A DNA stretch of 64,000 nt from a virus: IMG/VR virus record IMGVR_UViG_3300033146_001643, positions 1 to 64,000 of that record. One strand, written 5' to 3'. Of this stretch, positions 30,227 through 40,656 are shown piece after piece (positions within the stretch are counted from its first letter, which is position 1; the number at the start of each line of letters is the position of its first letter). The notes beneath the pieces are model-generated. The model had not been told where the DNA came from and made no database searches. It saw only the letters and a list, made by a program, of their open reading frames with translations. The translations under genes and the position numbers were made by a program.

Positions 30227-32509
30227 TTATCCACATTTATCGTAATCACAGGTATCACACTTAGTACAACCATTTTGATAAACTAACGTGCCTGTTTTAC
30301 ATTGCGGACAAGTTGATATTTTTATTTTTTTTGCATATTTACTTAGTATTCTAACTATTACAGCGGTAAATGTTGTAATAGGCAGCCTTACTTTCCGTAA
30401 ATCTGCTATAATATCTTCGATGTTAGTACGTTGTCGTAATAACCTACTTATTAATCTAGTTAATGATTCTTCTTCTCCAACCGTGTATTGTGCAGCTAAA
30501 TCTTTTATTGTTATATCTTTAGATTTAAACATATACGTTGGTTTATCTTTATTTTTAATCTTTATAATTTCCCCTGACTTAACATGTATTGTAGTATATG
30601 TATCTTTATAAGCAAATATTTCATAAGGTTGTGCATCGTATAATCCTATAAATACAGTCCAATAAGCTCCACCTATTTTAACATTATGTACATCACATGG
30701 AAGTTTATTCGGGCGTTCTATAATAATATCGTTATTACTTTTACTTACATCATATATACCATCTCTTGAGCCATCTACATATATAGTAACGCCTTTCAAT
30801 CCTTTTTTATAAGCAGTTATATAGATATTTTCTACAACTTTTGTTGTTGTTCCTCTCGGCAAATTAATTGTGCTACTAATAGCTGAATCTACATATTTTT
30901 GAGCAATTGCTTGGGTAGCTATTCGTTTTTCCCAAGGTATTTCTAAAGCAGTTTTTCCCGCAAATGGGCTAACAGCTATTATTTCAGGTGTTATACTATC
31001 CATTATATTACAGGTATCTGCCCATAATAAAAATGTTGGGTGCACGTTATTAACTATCCGCCATTTATCCCCTACAGCATCTATATAATCACACGACTTA
31101 TTATCTAATACTTTTATTCGTCTTTTTCCTATTATATTATATACAGGCTCAATAGCAGGGCTTACTCCTAAGACTAAAGCACTAGTCCCTGTAGGAGCAA
31201 TTGTGCTATTTGCTATATTACGTAATTTAATTTTACTTTCACTTGTTGCCTGACAATGCCCTCTAGTATTAACTAATTGTACGTTCATTTTTGCTTCTGC
31301 GGTATTTTTTGTTGCCATGATGTTTTCAATAAATACCATATCGTCTAATGGCTCACCTAGCATTATAATTGCATCTTGTACCCCCAATACACCAATCCCC
31401 ATTCTACGAGATTTAACTAATTCATTACGTATTTTACTCCATAACGTAAATTCGGTAACTATTGTATGTTCTTCTGTTTTTTGTATTAGATTTATTATAT
31501 TATCAATTTTATCAAGTTCTATGTTTACTAATGTATCTCCTATATTGTAAATATTTTTACATACCTGTATAAAACGTTGGTGATTAAATTTAGCTTTTGA
31601 TGTGAATGGGTCATTTACAAAAGCTGCTATGTTTATATGCAATAATCCACAACTAGCGTATCCAGGTAATGGTTGTTCTCCACAAGGATTTGTACTAATT
31701 TCTTTGTACTCAAGACCATATTTTTGTGTACCATTTTCTAAAATAGTATCCCAAAACAAAACACCTGGCTCTGCACTAGCAGTTGCATTTTTAATAATTT
31801 TATCCCAAAGTTCTTTAGCTTTTATAATTTTAGTTATTTTTGGTTTAGCGGCATCTATTGGAAATTGTTGTTTAAATGAGTCGTTAGTAATAACAGCTTG
31901 CATAAACTCATTTGTTAGCTTTATAGATATATTAGCACCAGTTATTTTAGTTGTATCTAATTTTGCATTAATAAAGTCTATAGCATCAGGGTGTCGTACA
32001 TCTAATGTAAGCATTAAAGCTCCCCGCCTCCCATCTTGAGCAACTTCTCTAGTTGCATTTGAATATCTTTCCATAAACGGAACAATCCCTGTAGACTTTA
32101 ACGCACTATTATTAACTGGGCTTCCTTTTGGTCTAATATATGATAAATCATGTCCTACCCCACCACCACGTTTCATTAATTGCGTTTGTTCTTGTTCTAT
32201 CATATATATCCCACCGTAAGAATCTGGTGTCATATAATCCCCTATCACGTAACAATTTCTAGTACTTATAGGTTTATTAGTACCAACTCCTACCATAGCT
32301 CTCCCCCCTAATATTATCTCTTTTTCCATAAACATTTTAAGTATTTCTAACGTAGGGACACCATCATCTATCCCATATTTCTTATTTGCTTTTTTAATAG
32401 CATAAGCTATCCTATTAAATGTCCCCTCAATGTTTTTATCCCCTGGTTGTAACCATTTTTGTTCAAAAATGTCTTTGCCTAGTGGATTATTCTTAAAGTA
32501 ATCGTGCAT
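30227..32509 (-). CDS. nrdJ: Class II (adenosylcobalamin-dependent) ribonucleotide reductase
   Basis: NCYV, RGGGVGHDLS, GRRGALM, AEPGVLFWD, TNPCGEQPL, TIAPTGT and AISSTINLP, plus a C-terminal CxxC...CxxC Zn ribbon. No beta-subunit gene nearby. Confidence 0.93.
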   Translation of the reverse strand: MHDYFKNNPLGKDIFEQKWLQPGDKNIEGTFNRIAYAIKKANKKYGIDDGVPTLEILKMFMEKEIILGGRAMVGVGTNKPISTRNCYVIGDYMTPDSYGGIYMIEQEQTQLMKRGGGVGHDLSYIRPKGSPVNNSALKSTGIVPFMERYSNATREVAQDGRRGALMLTLDVRHPDAIDFINAKLDTTKITGANISIKLTNEFMQAVITNDSFKQQFPIDAAKPKITKIIKAKELWDKIIKNATASAEPGVLFWDTILENGTQKYGLEYKEISTNPCGEQPLPGYASCGLLHINIAAFVNDPFTSKAKFNHQRFIQVCKNIYNIGDTLVNIELDKIDNIINLIQKTEEHTIVTEFTLWSKIRNELVKSRRMGIGVLGVQDAIIMLGEPLDDMVFIENIMATKNTAEAKMNVQLVNTRGHCQATSESKIKLRNIANSTIAPTGTSALVLGVSPAIEPVYNIIGKRRIKVLDNKSCDYIDAVGDKWRIVNNVHPTFLLWADTCNIMDSITPEIIAVSPFAGKTALEIPWEKRIATQAIAQKYVDSAISSTINLPRGTTTKVVENIYITAYKKGLKGVTIYVDGSRDGIYDVSKSNNDIIIERPNKLPCDVHNVKIGGAYWTVFIGLYDAQPYEIFAYKDTYTTIHVKSGEIIKIKNKDKPTYMFKSKDITIKDLAAQYTVGEEESLTRLISRLLRQRTNIEDIIADLRKVRLPITTFTAVIVRILSKYAKKIKISTCPQCKTGTLVYQNGCTKCDTCDYDKCG

Positions 32510-32517
32510 TTATTTAT

Positions 32518-33096
32518 TTATAAATTTAATATAGTGTTTATAATTGTCAATTCCGCTCGTGTTTTATCTCTAGTGTGTAATATTATTGGTTTATATGTAT
32601 AGTCTATTGCAGTATGCTCAAATAATGTATTACTGACGCATTTTATATCTAAAATTATATAATTATTAATATCTTTAATAGAATTAATAAATTTTTTAAC
32701 TATACTATAGTTAGCATGATTTTGTAGCGTCCCTAATTTATAATCTGTTATTCCTTTTATCCTATCACTATACACAAATAATTCTATATTATTTGATATA
32801 GTTTTTAAACGAGGTAATAATGTTTTATTTATTACTTGTTTTAAATATCTACCATGTAATTTTATCATATCTATACTATCATCTACAAATACCATTATTT
32901 TTATTGGTGCATTATCTTTTATGAGTTTATTATTTTTATACTTATAGCCATTAGCTAAAATAGTACGAATAAATCTATTTATTGTAATAGCGTTCTCTAG
33001 CCCATTTCTACGCAATACTTCATTTAAAGCTGCTTTTTTATATTTAGCTCTGTTGTATAATTCTACAGCAGTGCTAATATCTACTTTCCCAAACAT
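32518..33096 (-). CDS. Hypothetical protein, possible degenerate vWA domain
   Basis: IKIMVFVDDSIDM resembles a vWA beta1/MIDAS segment. The N-terminus is helical and HTH-like. Confidence 0.4.
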   Translation of the reverse strand: MFGKVDISTAVELYNRAKYKKAALNEVLRRNGLENAITINRFIRTILANGYKYKNNKLIKDNAPIKIMVFVDDSIDMIKLHGRYLKQVINKTLLPRLKTISNNIELFVYSDRIKGITDYKLGTLQNHANYSIVKKFINSIKDINNYIILDIKCVSNTLFEHTAIDYTYKPIILHTRDKTRAELTIINTILNL

Positions 33097-33377
33097 TATT
33101 CGGGAGTTATAGCTAAAATTATATCTTCTGGTATAATAATAAATTCTTCCCCATCTATATCTATCGGAATATAGCCAGCCCCAAATACTGTATATACAAA
33201 AGAGCCCTCTGTTAATAATAGGTTCTCTACGTCTAAACTAGTGGCTAATACTTTAAATTTAAGTAATTCTGGTTTAGTTGGAGTGGTATTTTTTTGTAAA
33301 ATAATTCCGCTCTTAGTTTTCTTTTCAGCTTTTACTTCTTGAACAATTAAGTTCTTATTTATTGGTATTAAATTCAT
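33096..33377 (-). CDS. groES: Co-chaperonin GroES (Cpn10)
   Basis: LIPINKNLIV...EKKTKSGIIL mobile loop and IDIDGEEFIIIPEDIILA; 93 aa. Confidence 0.85.
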   Translation of the reverse strand: MNLIPINKNLIVQEVKAEKKTKSGIILQKNTTPTKPELLKFKVLATSLDVENLLLTEGSFVYTVFGAGYIPIDIDGEEFIIIPEDIILAITPE

Positions 33378-33877
33378 TATATAGTATATTTTTTATTAAA
33401 TGTATATTCTATAATATTATTTAAGTTTACTGGTCGAACATCTTTTGTACCAAATTCAAGTATTTGCAAATTCCCATGTTTTCTTACATAGCCATTAGCA
33501 TTAGTTATAAATACCCCTGTCATAGTTCTTATCTCTCCGTGTTCACATGCTTCTTTAAATGCTGCGTTTGAATATTCTCCTTTTTGTGCTTTCTTGTACA
33601 CTTCTATATAATTAGGTTTTTTATAAAATGTAATTGATATTGTTCTTCCACGCATTCCAGCTAATTCTTCGTTAAATTTTTTTAATAAGGCTGTTCTCGT
33701 TCCTAGTGCTTCACTATTGTTTACTCCGACTATTACTCTACTAGCTTCAGCTATAACTTTTGAAATTACTATTTCATCATTGTTATGTGCTACTGCTGTG
33801 TATGCCTCTATACCGTTAACAGTAGTCTTCCCAGTTATTTTTAATGTTCTGGTTAACTCTATAATTTTATCTTTCAT
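33377..33877 (-). CDS. Hypothetical protein with WYL_2/SH3-Sm-like C-terminal domain
   Basis: ISITFYKKP...GEIRTMTG...VRPVNLNNIIEYTFNKKY pattern. Confidence 0.45.
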   Translation of the reverse strand: MKDKIIELTRTLKITGKTTVNGIEAYTAVAHNNDEIVISKVIAEASRVIVGVNNSEALGTRTALLKKFNEELAGMRGRTISITFYKKPNYIEVYKKAQKGEYSNAAFKEACEHGEIRTMTGVFITNANGYVRKHGNLQILEFGTKDVRPVNLNNIIEYTFNKKYTI

Positions 33878-33895
33878 TTTGTTACTATTTATTAT

Positions 33896-34810
33896 TTATA
33901 TTATAAAAAATTCTGTGTTTAATTGTTCTCCTTTAATTAACTGCTCATCTCTATATTTTATATTAGCTGTTATTTTATTTACCCAATTGGTAATATCTGT
34001 CTTTGTAAACGTACTAGAGTGTGTATTGTTAGGCATTATTCCTATAGTTGCTGCATAGTTTACACTCGTAAATGAATCGTCTTTATGGTGCAATAATACT
34101 ATAGTAATATCTGAGTTAGCTTTAACAAATTCGGCTACTTTTAATTTATTTTGTTGACTACTATTTTCTCTGCCGTCTGTTATAACTATTAAAGTGGCGT
34201 TTTTAATAGCGTTTAGTTTATTATACCCTAAAATAATAGCATCATTTAAAGCCGTTGTTCCCGATGCTTTGTGTGTATATACTGTTTCATCAATAGGGCT
34301 TACATCTCTAACACAGTAAGCATTGTAATCAAAATTTATAATCCCTAAATTGATATTAGGGTAGCTAGCTAATTGTTGTAACAAATTATTTACGGCTGTT
34401 GTTACATGTGAACTTATAGTACACATAGAAGTACTAGTATCAATTGCTAGCATATATGTATGTTCGGTTACTGACTTCCTGAAAGTTTTTTGTAATTTAG
34501 TTGGTGTTATTGTATGATAAAACATATTATTATCAAGAACGGATTTAAAAGTAACAACCTCATCTGTTATACTAATTATTGTGTATTTTATGTTTTTCTG
34601 CGTTCCGTTTTTTCTAATTATTTTATCACCAATTTCAAATTCTTGGTGTTCCTCTTTAGTATCTGTATTTTTGAGATTTGTCAAGTATTTACGTAATTGA
34701 TAAACACTGGGATTACCAGTACTTGTTTTAAAACCATATTTCTCTGCCGCCCCAATTAACGTCATTGTATGTACGTCTCTTAAAAGTTCTACTTTATTTA
34801 TATTTCTCAT
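33896..34810 (-). CDS. von Willebrand factor A domain protein
   Basis: MIDAS LAIDTSTSM, GTTALNDAI and LIVITDGRENSS. The N-terminus has HTH-like and SH3-like (FEIGDKII) segments. Confidence 0.85.
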   Translation of the reverse strand: MRNINKVELLRDVHTMTLIGAAEKYGFKTSTGNPSVYQLRKYLTNLKNTDTKEEHQEFEIGDKIIRKNGTQKNIKYTIISITDEVVTFKSVLDNNMFYHTITPTKLQKTFRKSVTEHTYMLAIDTSTSMCTISSHVTTAVNNLLQQLASYPNINLGIINFDYNAYCVRDVSPIDETVYTHKASGTTALNDAIILGYNKLNAIKNATLIVITDGRENSSQQNKLKVAEFVKANSDITIVLLHHKDDSFTSVNYAATIGIMPNNTHSSTFTKTDITNWVNKITANIKYRDEQLIKGEQLNTEFFII

Positions 34811-34820
34811 TTGTTTAATT

Positions 34821-35558
34821 TTAATGTATTTTTATTAATATGTTTAAATTATTATTATTTTTACAATAGTTACATACCCTACAATTTCCTCTGCATATAA
34901 CTGTATTTTTATTAGTTTTTACTGGATATTCTATAACAGGTATGAAATTATTATCCAACATAAAGTTACTACCATTAATAACTAAATTTTGCATTTTACG
35001 TACAGTGCCGAAATATAAATCTTTTCTAGCTGTATAAGTGTAAAATATAATTCTTCGAGAAGAGTATTTATTTACTCTTTTAACTATATTAATTAATTTA
35101 GTAATATCAGCCTGGTGTTTAAAATCACCAGATTCATTGAATCTAATGAATTTTACTTTTCTATTATTATGTAATAACTCTAATAAATCATCAGCAAACT
35201 TATTAGCACTGACATTGTCCCAATATTTACGCTGATTTCTACGATATAACCCAGTTCTAAACCAATATTGCGTTTCAGCTTTTTTAGCATAGCACTTATC
35301 AGATAATGCACATAATCCTAATTTATCAGCTACACATTCAAATGCAGGTGTGATATTAAATATAAAAGTATCTTTGCCTATTTTTAAATTACCATTTGCT
35401 ATTAATTGTGATAATGGTTTAATATCATCTGTTAATATAGCTTTTACATCATCTAGTACTCCTTTTATTGTACTAGTGTTAGTTTTGTTTTGGGGTTGCC
35501 TCTTGACTAAAAGCTCCAATCCACTTTTTATTATTGTAAATTTTGATTGCGGTTTCAT
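34821..35558 (-). CDS. Phage Gp88-like Cys-rich (radical-SAM-related) protein
   Basis: GNLKIG, C-x6-C-x5-CYA, IRFNESGDF, FYTYT and C-terminal CRGNCRVCNYC...IKIH. Confidence 0.75.
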   Translation of the reverse strand: MKPQSKFTIIKSGLELLVKRQPQNKTNTSTIKGVLDDVKAILTDDIKPLSQLIANGNLKIGKDTFIFNITPAFECVADKLGLCALSDKCYAKKAETQYWFRTGLYRRNQRKYWDNVSANKFADDLLELLHNNRKVKFIRFNESGDFKHQADITKLINIVKRVNKYSSRRIIFYTYTARKDLYFGTVRKMQNLVINGSNFMLDNNFIPVIEYPVKTNKNTVICRGNCRVCNYCKNNNNLNILIKIH

Positions 35559-36357
35559 TTAGAGTTGTTAATAAATTTATTCTTTGTAAAGGGTGAGCTT
35601 TTTTAAATGCCTCTGTAAAGAAATTATACATGTTCCATAAATTAGTTGTATTGTTTTCACTATTATACGGATATAAATTTTGTTTACTCCTAGCATACTT
35701 AAAAGCTGAATATACTAACTGTACTGGATATAAACGTAAAGCCTCACCAAATATTTGGTCTACTTGGTCACTGGATAAATTAATATCTTTATAATTATTA
35801 ATTAATTCTAGTAAATCATTGCCACTTGTATTAATAAACTTTATAGCATCGGCTATAGCATTTTCTATATAATACTCAATTCCATCTACATGTTTTTTTC
35901 TAAAGTTATCTAACGTATTAAATAGCATACCGTTAGCACATGCTTTTAGATTATAACCAAAACCTATATTTAAAGCAACTGATTTATTAATTGAATTTAT
36001 AATAAATATTTGTTTATCAGCTATATCAGAATCATTTATTGTAATTTCTGTTAATATATATTGTATTTTACTTAGGTCTTCTACACTAATATGATAATCA
36101 TTAACTATATATTGTAAAATTTTAAATTCTACTTCCTTAGCATATTTTTTTTCTATGCCAATTGTGATATTGCATTTTTTTATTGATAAGTTATTTTCTG
36201 CTAACTCCTCCAGTAGTAATCTAGTTGGCTTATATAGTTGCACAGGTTTCCAGCTTTTAGTGTGTGTTGGTGTTGGTATTCGTTTTAATAAATTATCTAT
36301 TTTAGCACTTACTAAAGATAAATCAGTTAATTCCGTTGATATTAATTTTAATTTCAT
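35479..36357 (-). CDS. DUF932-family protein
   Basis: PTPTHTKSWKPV, INSINKSVAL, ACANGM, RKKH and NLWNMYNFFTE. Confidence 0.7.
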   Translation of the reverse strand: MKLKLISTELTDLSLVSAKIDNLLKRIPTPTHTKSWKPVQLYKPTRLLLEELAENNLSIKKCNITIGIEKKYAKEVEFKILQYIVNDYHISVEDLSKIQYILTEITINDSDIADKQIFIINSINKSVALNIGFGYNLKACANGMLFNTLDNFRKKHVDGIEYYIENAIADAIKFINTSGNDLLELINNYKDINLSSDQVDQIFGEALRLYPVQLVYSAFKYARSKQNLYPYNSENNTTNLWNMYNFFTEAFKKAHPLQRINLLTTLNETAIKIYNNKKWIGAFSQEATPKQN

Positions 36358-37279
36358 TTTGTAATATATTTTTTAATTGTTTATAGTCTCTAGTCTTTTT
36401 AATTATATCTGAACAATCAGAACAATTACTTATATTTGGTAACCTTATATTAGTTATTATAGGATATTGTTCTATAATCTTACTAGCGTAATTTTGTCCA
36501 GCATTTGTTTCCTTTTCAAAATCATTATCTAGTAACAGATAAATATTGTTATACTTTGTATATAGGTATTCAATAACTTTGTTTGGCAAATATTGCCCTT
36601 CCGATTGCATACCAATTACATTTGAATAACCACATTTTTTAATCACCATAACATCTTTAACACTCTTAGTTATTATTACATAACCAATATTTTGTAAATT
36701 ATGTATGTTATGATATATCAAATTAGATACCCCAGATAAATCAGAAATAAACCTATATTCTATATTTAATGGTTGGTATATTTTAGTGTACTTAATCCCC
36801 TTACGCCACCATGTATAAGCAAAAGTAATTGAATTAGTACAGTTAATAGTATAACCATTAATAGTAAAATACGCTACTGCCTCTATATTGTTTTCAGCAG
36901 TAATATCAGCAGTAGTAAGTAAATAATCCGCCCAGTATAACCTGTGTCTTTTTTGTAATTGTTTATACGCTGCGTAAATAATATTATTACGACTTATTGG
37001 TTTTTTTGCACCTATTAATACCATAGGCTGTTTACAATCCCTAACAATATTATTAGTAGTTAATTCTAAAGTTTCTTTATACGAAATATGGTAGAGCTGT
37101 TTTAGTAAATCTATGCCATCACCATATTCTCCAGTAGCTTTATCCTTATATACAGCTTTTCTAGTTTTATTGTAGTATACACTAAATGAAGCTTTGTTTT
37201 CCTTCCTAAAAGGTGATTTTATGGTACACGGTATAGTTGATATATTCAAGTACTTTTTTAGTATTTCTTCACTAGTCAT
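36323..37279 (-). CDS. dnaG: DNA primase (crAss-type DnaG/TOPRIM)
   Basis: SPFRKENKASF...YKDKATGEYGD N-domain, KIYQP, TOPRIM ITKSVKDVM, LLDND and DCSD. Likely start is 37279 because the ORF-track start 37294 lies inside a terminator. Confidence 0.85.
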   Translation of the reverse strand: MTSEEILKKYLNISTIPCTIKSPFRKENKASFSVYYNKTRKAVYKDKATGEYGDGIDLLKQLYHISYKETLELTTNNIVRDCKQPMVLIGAKKPISRNNIIYAAYKQLQKRHRLYWADYLLTTADITAENNIEAVAYFTINGYTINCTNSITFAYTWWRKGIKYTKIYQPLNIEYRFISDLSGVSNLIYHNIHNLQNIGYVIITKSVKDVMVIKKCGYSNVIGMQSEGQYLPNKVIEYLYTKYNNIYLLLDNDFEKETNAGQNYASKIIEQYPIITNIRLPNISNCSDCSDIIKKTRDYKQLKNILQNEIKININGIN

Positions 37280-37282
37280 AAT

Positions 37283-37315
37283 AAAAAAGCTCAACTAAAT
37301 TAATAGTTAAGCTTT
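37283..37315 (-). terminator. Intrinsic terminator after the ssb-like gene
   Basis: Minus strand reads AAAGCTTAACTA-ttaatt-TAGTTGAGCTTT then TTT. The G-U pair forms on the minus strand. Confidence 0.7.
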
Positions 37316-37341
37316 GTTTTATTTAAAATAATTATTATTTA

Positions 37342-38229
37342 TTAAAAAGGTAAATCATCGACAGGTACGGCGTTTTTTGTTGTACTCCCACCAAGAAAAT
37401 CAGATACTTCTACTAATTCTAAGTTTCTACTTTTATATAAGTAAGATTCTTGTATATTAGCTTTTTCAAAATAATCAAGAGAGTTATTTATTTTATAGCT
37501 ACTTACTTTATTTAAAATAGTTTGTATAAGATATGGAGTACCATTACTTGAATCTTTTAATTTAACTCTACCAAATATAGTAACTCTTTTATTTCTTTGT
37601 GTTTCTAACACCGTTGGGTGAGCTTCTAGTTCTGTAATTAATTCCTGTAATTGTGATATATCACCAATTATTAATTTATTAATATCAACAGGATAATTTC
37701 CCCTAATGCCATAAATACCATCAATCAACGCAAATAAATCAGATTCTCCTTCTTTAGTTATTCTAATTTTAAGTTTTTTACCGTCTCTGGTTTCTTTCTT
37801 GAAGTTATCGCTAAATTCAACAGCGTCTTTTGATAATGCCCATCTAGTTTGAGCTATTCCATTTGTATATTCATATTTATCACTAGTTTTACCAGCCACT
37901 CTGTCATTACTAGTTAAATATAAACTAATAGTATATATATTATTTTTAAGTTTGTTAATTATATCTTTATTTTTTGTTGTATTCGACTCTTCTGTAACTT
38001 TAAAATAAAATTGTAATTGGAGTTGTTTATACCCTAATTTAGTTTTTGTCATATAATCTACTGCATCTTTATAATATTGTGTTTCTTCTTCTTCACCGTC
38101 TTTGTTTTTAAAAACTCTTACCCCATATTCTTTTTTCTGTTCATTTGTCATATTTATTATTGGGATAAATTCTGTGTTTATTTTTCCTGTAAAATTTAGT
38201 ATTTCTTTATTTACGCTTATATCTAACAT
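37342..38229 (-). CDS. Probable single-stranded DNA-binding protein (crAss type)
   Basis: Ends VDDLPF, a Bacteroidota-type SSB tail. Lies between the helicase and primase genes. Confidence 0.65.
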   Translation of the reverse strand: MLDISVNKEILNFTGKINTEFIPIINMTNEQKKEYGVRVFKNKDGEEEETQYYKDAVDYMTKTKLGYKQLQLQFYFKVTEESNTTKNKDIINKLKNNIYTISLYLTSNDRVAGKTSDKYEYTNGIAQTRWALSKDAVEFSDNFKKETRDGKKLKIRITKEGESDLFALIDGIYGIRGNYPVDINKLIIGDISQLQELITELEAHPTVLETQRNKRVTIFGRVKLKDSSNGTPYLIQTILNKVSSYKINNSLDYFEKANIQESYLYKSRNLELVEVSDFLGGSTTKNAVPVDDLPF

Positions 38230-38264
38230 ATAGTTATTATTTATTATTTATATATTGGTAGTAT

Positions 38265-38984
38265 TTATGCAAATATATCTGCGGTTGATGCAGAATTTGT
38301 ATCTGTTTCTACATTGTTTTCTGTTGCACTAGTATCTGTTGTAGTATTTTCAGCTAATTTTTCTTTTAAATAATCTGGGTATTCACCATTTAGATTTTTG
38401 TATTCTTCGTTATAATCTCTAGTTCTAGTTAATTTGTACCCACGTTCAATAGATACTTCATCATCATTTATTTGATATGTAAAATCTTCTAATTCTGTAG
38501 AAACAGCATACTCGTATTTATTAGTTATACTAAAGTCTATTAATTGTTCTCCTCTATTTATATATGCAGCTGAACTTCTATATGTTCTAATTTGCCCTTT
38601 GGTGTAAGTAGCTGTTAAAACTCTCCCATTATCTTGCGGAGATAAAAATAAATCACCATTGTTATCTTGTAAAATTATAACTTTAGTTGATTTTGTTTTT
38701 AATTCCGCTCCAGGTTCATTAGAGATAACTTCTATTAATCCTAAAGCATAAGCATTATGTATATGTAATTCTACTATTTCTGTGTCATTAACTCTAGTTG
38801 TTACTAATAATACAAGTGTATTGGTTTGTTTGTCTCCTGGATTAATTTTTACATTAGCCCCACTTCTAAAAGTCTTAGTGAATCTTTTTACTTTTTTTAA
38901 CCTTGTTCCTGTTGTTGTATCTTTTGTTAAATCCACATCAGTAAGAGATGTCGTTCCTTGAATACGTCTTAATTTTAAACTCAT
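38265..38984 (-). CDS. Hypothetical protein with acidic C-terminal tail
   Basis: Likely start MSLKLRR at 38984, just downstream of a consensus promoter. Ends ...ASTADIFA. Confidence 0.65.
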   Translation of the reverse strand: MSLKLRRIQGTTSLTDVDLTKDTTTGTRLKKVKRFTKTFRSGANVKINPGDKQTNTLVLLVTTRVNDTEIVELHIHNAYALGLIEVISNEPGAELKTKSTKVIILQDNNGDLFLSPQDNGRVLTATYTKGQIRTYRSSAAYINRGEQLIDFSITNKYEYAVSTELEDFTYQINDDEVSIERGYKLTRTRDYNEEYKNLNGEYPDYLKEKLAENTTTDTSATENNVETDTNSASTADIFA

Positions 38985-39013
38985 GTCATGGTTTATTAAA
39001 TTTATATATAGTG

Positions 39014-39045
39014 CAAATATAATACTTATGTTTTTAATGCACAAA
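39014..39045 (-). promoter_or_regulatory. Bacteroidota sigma-A-type promoter
   Basis: Minus strand TTTG (39045-39042), N20, TATATTTG (39021-39014), CA: an exact consensus match. Confidence 0.8.
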
Positions 39046-40084
39046 TATTATTGATTTTATTATAGTTAGTTTCATTAGGTAATTTTATATCAGCATATAC
39101 ACCAACTTCACCTATAAACAGGACTGGGATTAATTTATTTATATCACCATCTCTGTTTTTAGCTATCCTAAGTACCCTAAATCTATTTTTTAACGCAACG
39201 GTTGCTGTTCTACTAGGAATAATTTTATAACCTAGATAGCTACCTAAATCATGTTTATACGGATTACCAATGCTAATATAAATATCAGCATCTTGGTATG
39301 GATTTTTAGAATCTCTTAAATCTTGATGGCTTGGTAAAACACTTTGTTCTGCCGTATATGCTTTTTCTGGGTTAATTTGTTGTAATACTACAGCTATTAA
39401 TTTAGTTGGTATTCTTGATGCATATAAAAATTTACTAACCTCATCTATTGCTGATTTTAGTGTTTGCCTACCAGTAGTTGTAATAGAACCAATATGGTCT
39501 ATTATAATTTGATAAATTTTAGCCTTGTTTGTAGGAGTGTATTTAATAATATTGCCGTCAATAATAGTTACTTCCCCATTATTACGTAAGTATTTAAAAG
39601 TATTAGTTTTAATATTAGTAGTTGTTAAATACGGATAGAATGTTATTTTTTCCGCTAATAACTCTATAAAAGCGTTGCATTCTTTTGAAAATACTAAATC
39701 TTTTATTCTTAATGGTAATTTTAACCCATGTTTACTGAATAATAGATTAGTAGTTATTAATATACCCTTAGTCTTATATAACCAATAACATCTACCTTTT
39801 CCTAATATAGTTGCTGGACTTATTTCTGGTGTGTATATATCTATATGTATATCAAAATCTTTCTTCTTCAAGTACATATCTAACATATTATATATATGCT
39901 GGTCATAAACAAAACTACTTTTACCAACATTACTTAAAGCTGCATATAAGTAATAAGTACTCGGCACTATATTAAGATATTTATTTAATACAGATAGTCT
40001 GTATTCATATCCTTTATTTAACCCAAGTAATCCATCTTCTACCATTTTGTTACTTTCAGCTACCCAATTTCGTTGTTGCTCCAT
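39026..40084 (-). CDS. dnaB: Replicative DnaB-like (SF4) helicase
   Basis: Walker A ALSNVGKS, Walker B IIIDH, LQQIN, DLRDS...QDAD and IAKNRDG. Confidence 0.85.
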   Translation of the reverse strand: MEQQRNWVAESNKMVEDGLLGLNKGYEYRLSVLNKYLNIVPSTYYLYAALSNVGKSSFVYDQHIYNMLDMYLKKKDFDIHIDIYTPEISPATILGKGRCYWLYKTKGILITTNLLFSKHGLKLPLRIKDLVFSKECNAFIELLAEKITFYPYLTTTNIKTNTFKYLRNNGEVTIIDGNIIKYTPTNKAKIYQIIIDHIGSITTTGRQTLKSAIDEVSKFLYASRIPTKLIAVVLQQINPEKAYTAEQSVLPSHQDLRDSKNPYQDADIYISIGNPYKHDLGSYLGYKIIPSRTATVALKNRFRVLRIAKNRDGDINKLIPVLFIGEVGVYADIKLPNETNYNKINNICALKT

Positions 40085-40656
40085 AAAACTGTATCTGCTT
40101 TTATATTGCTTTCTTCTAATAATGTTAATAAAGTATTACTAGTAATTAATTCATTTGTATCTTTATCTTTTCTACTTTTATGTATAAAATTATCAGCATT
40201 CATAGCATATTTATAGTTATCTTTAGCTGCATTGGCTAAATAATTTTCAGTTACTTCTATTATTTGTTTTTTATTATAACCAGCAGCTATTACTTTGTTC
40301 ATGTGTTTTATACATGTAGCTTTACTACCCATACCTCCAGAACGTACTACTAAAAATAATCTCCTAAAGTCGTTTATCCAATCTATATCTTTTGTCAATT
40401 TTAATTGTGGCGACCTGTTTTTAGGCTTACTTTTTTGTCTAAAAGCATCAATAGTTTTTTTAGTATATTCTATATAATCATCATGTACAATATACCCTAA
40501 AGATATTAATTTGTTTATTACATCAGTTTTATTATAATCCGAGTATCCCTCTAATATAGAATCAACGTAGTCATGCTTACCTTTATACAATAAATATAAG
40601 CAGATACTCTCCCTATAAGATAAATCTGATTGTAATATATTAGTTAGTATATTCAT
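40060..40656 (-). CDS. Putative replication initiator/helicase loader
   Basis: wHTH-like N-terminus (LISLGYI) and helical C-domain WINDFRRLF...YKYAMNADNFIHK. Directly upstream of dnaB. Confidence 0.5.
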   Translation of the reverse strand: MNILTNILQSDLSYRESICLYLLYKGKHDYVDSILEGYSDYNKTDVINKLISLGYIVHDDYIEYTKKTIDAFRQKSKPKNRSPQLKLTKDIDWINDFRRLFLVVRSGGMGSKATCIKHMNKVIAAGYNKKQIIEVTENYLANAAKDNYKYAMNADNFIHKSRKDKDTNELITSNTLLTLLEESNIKADTVLWSNNEIG

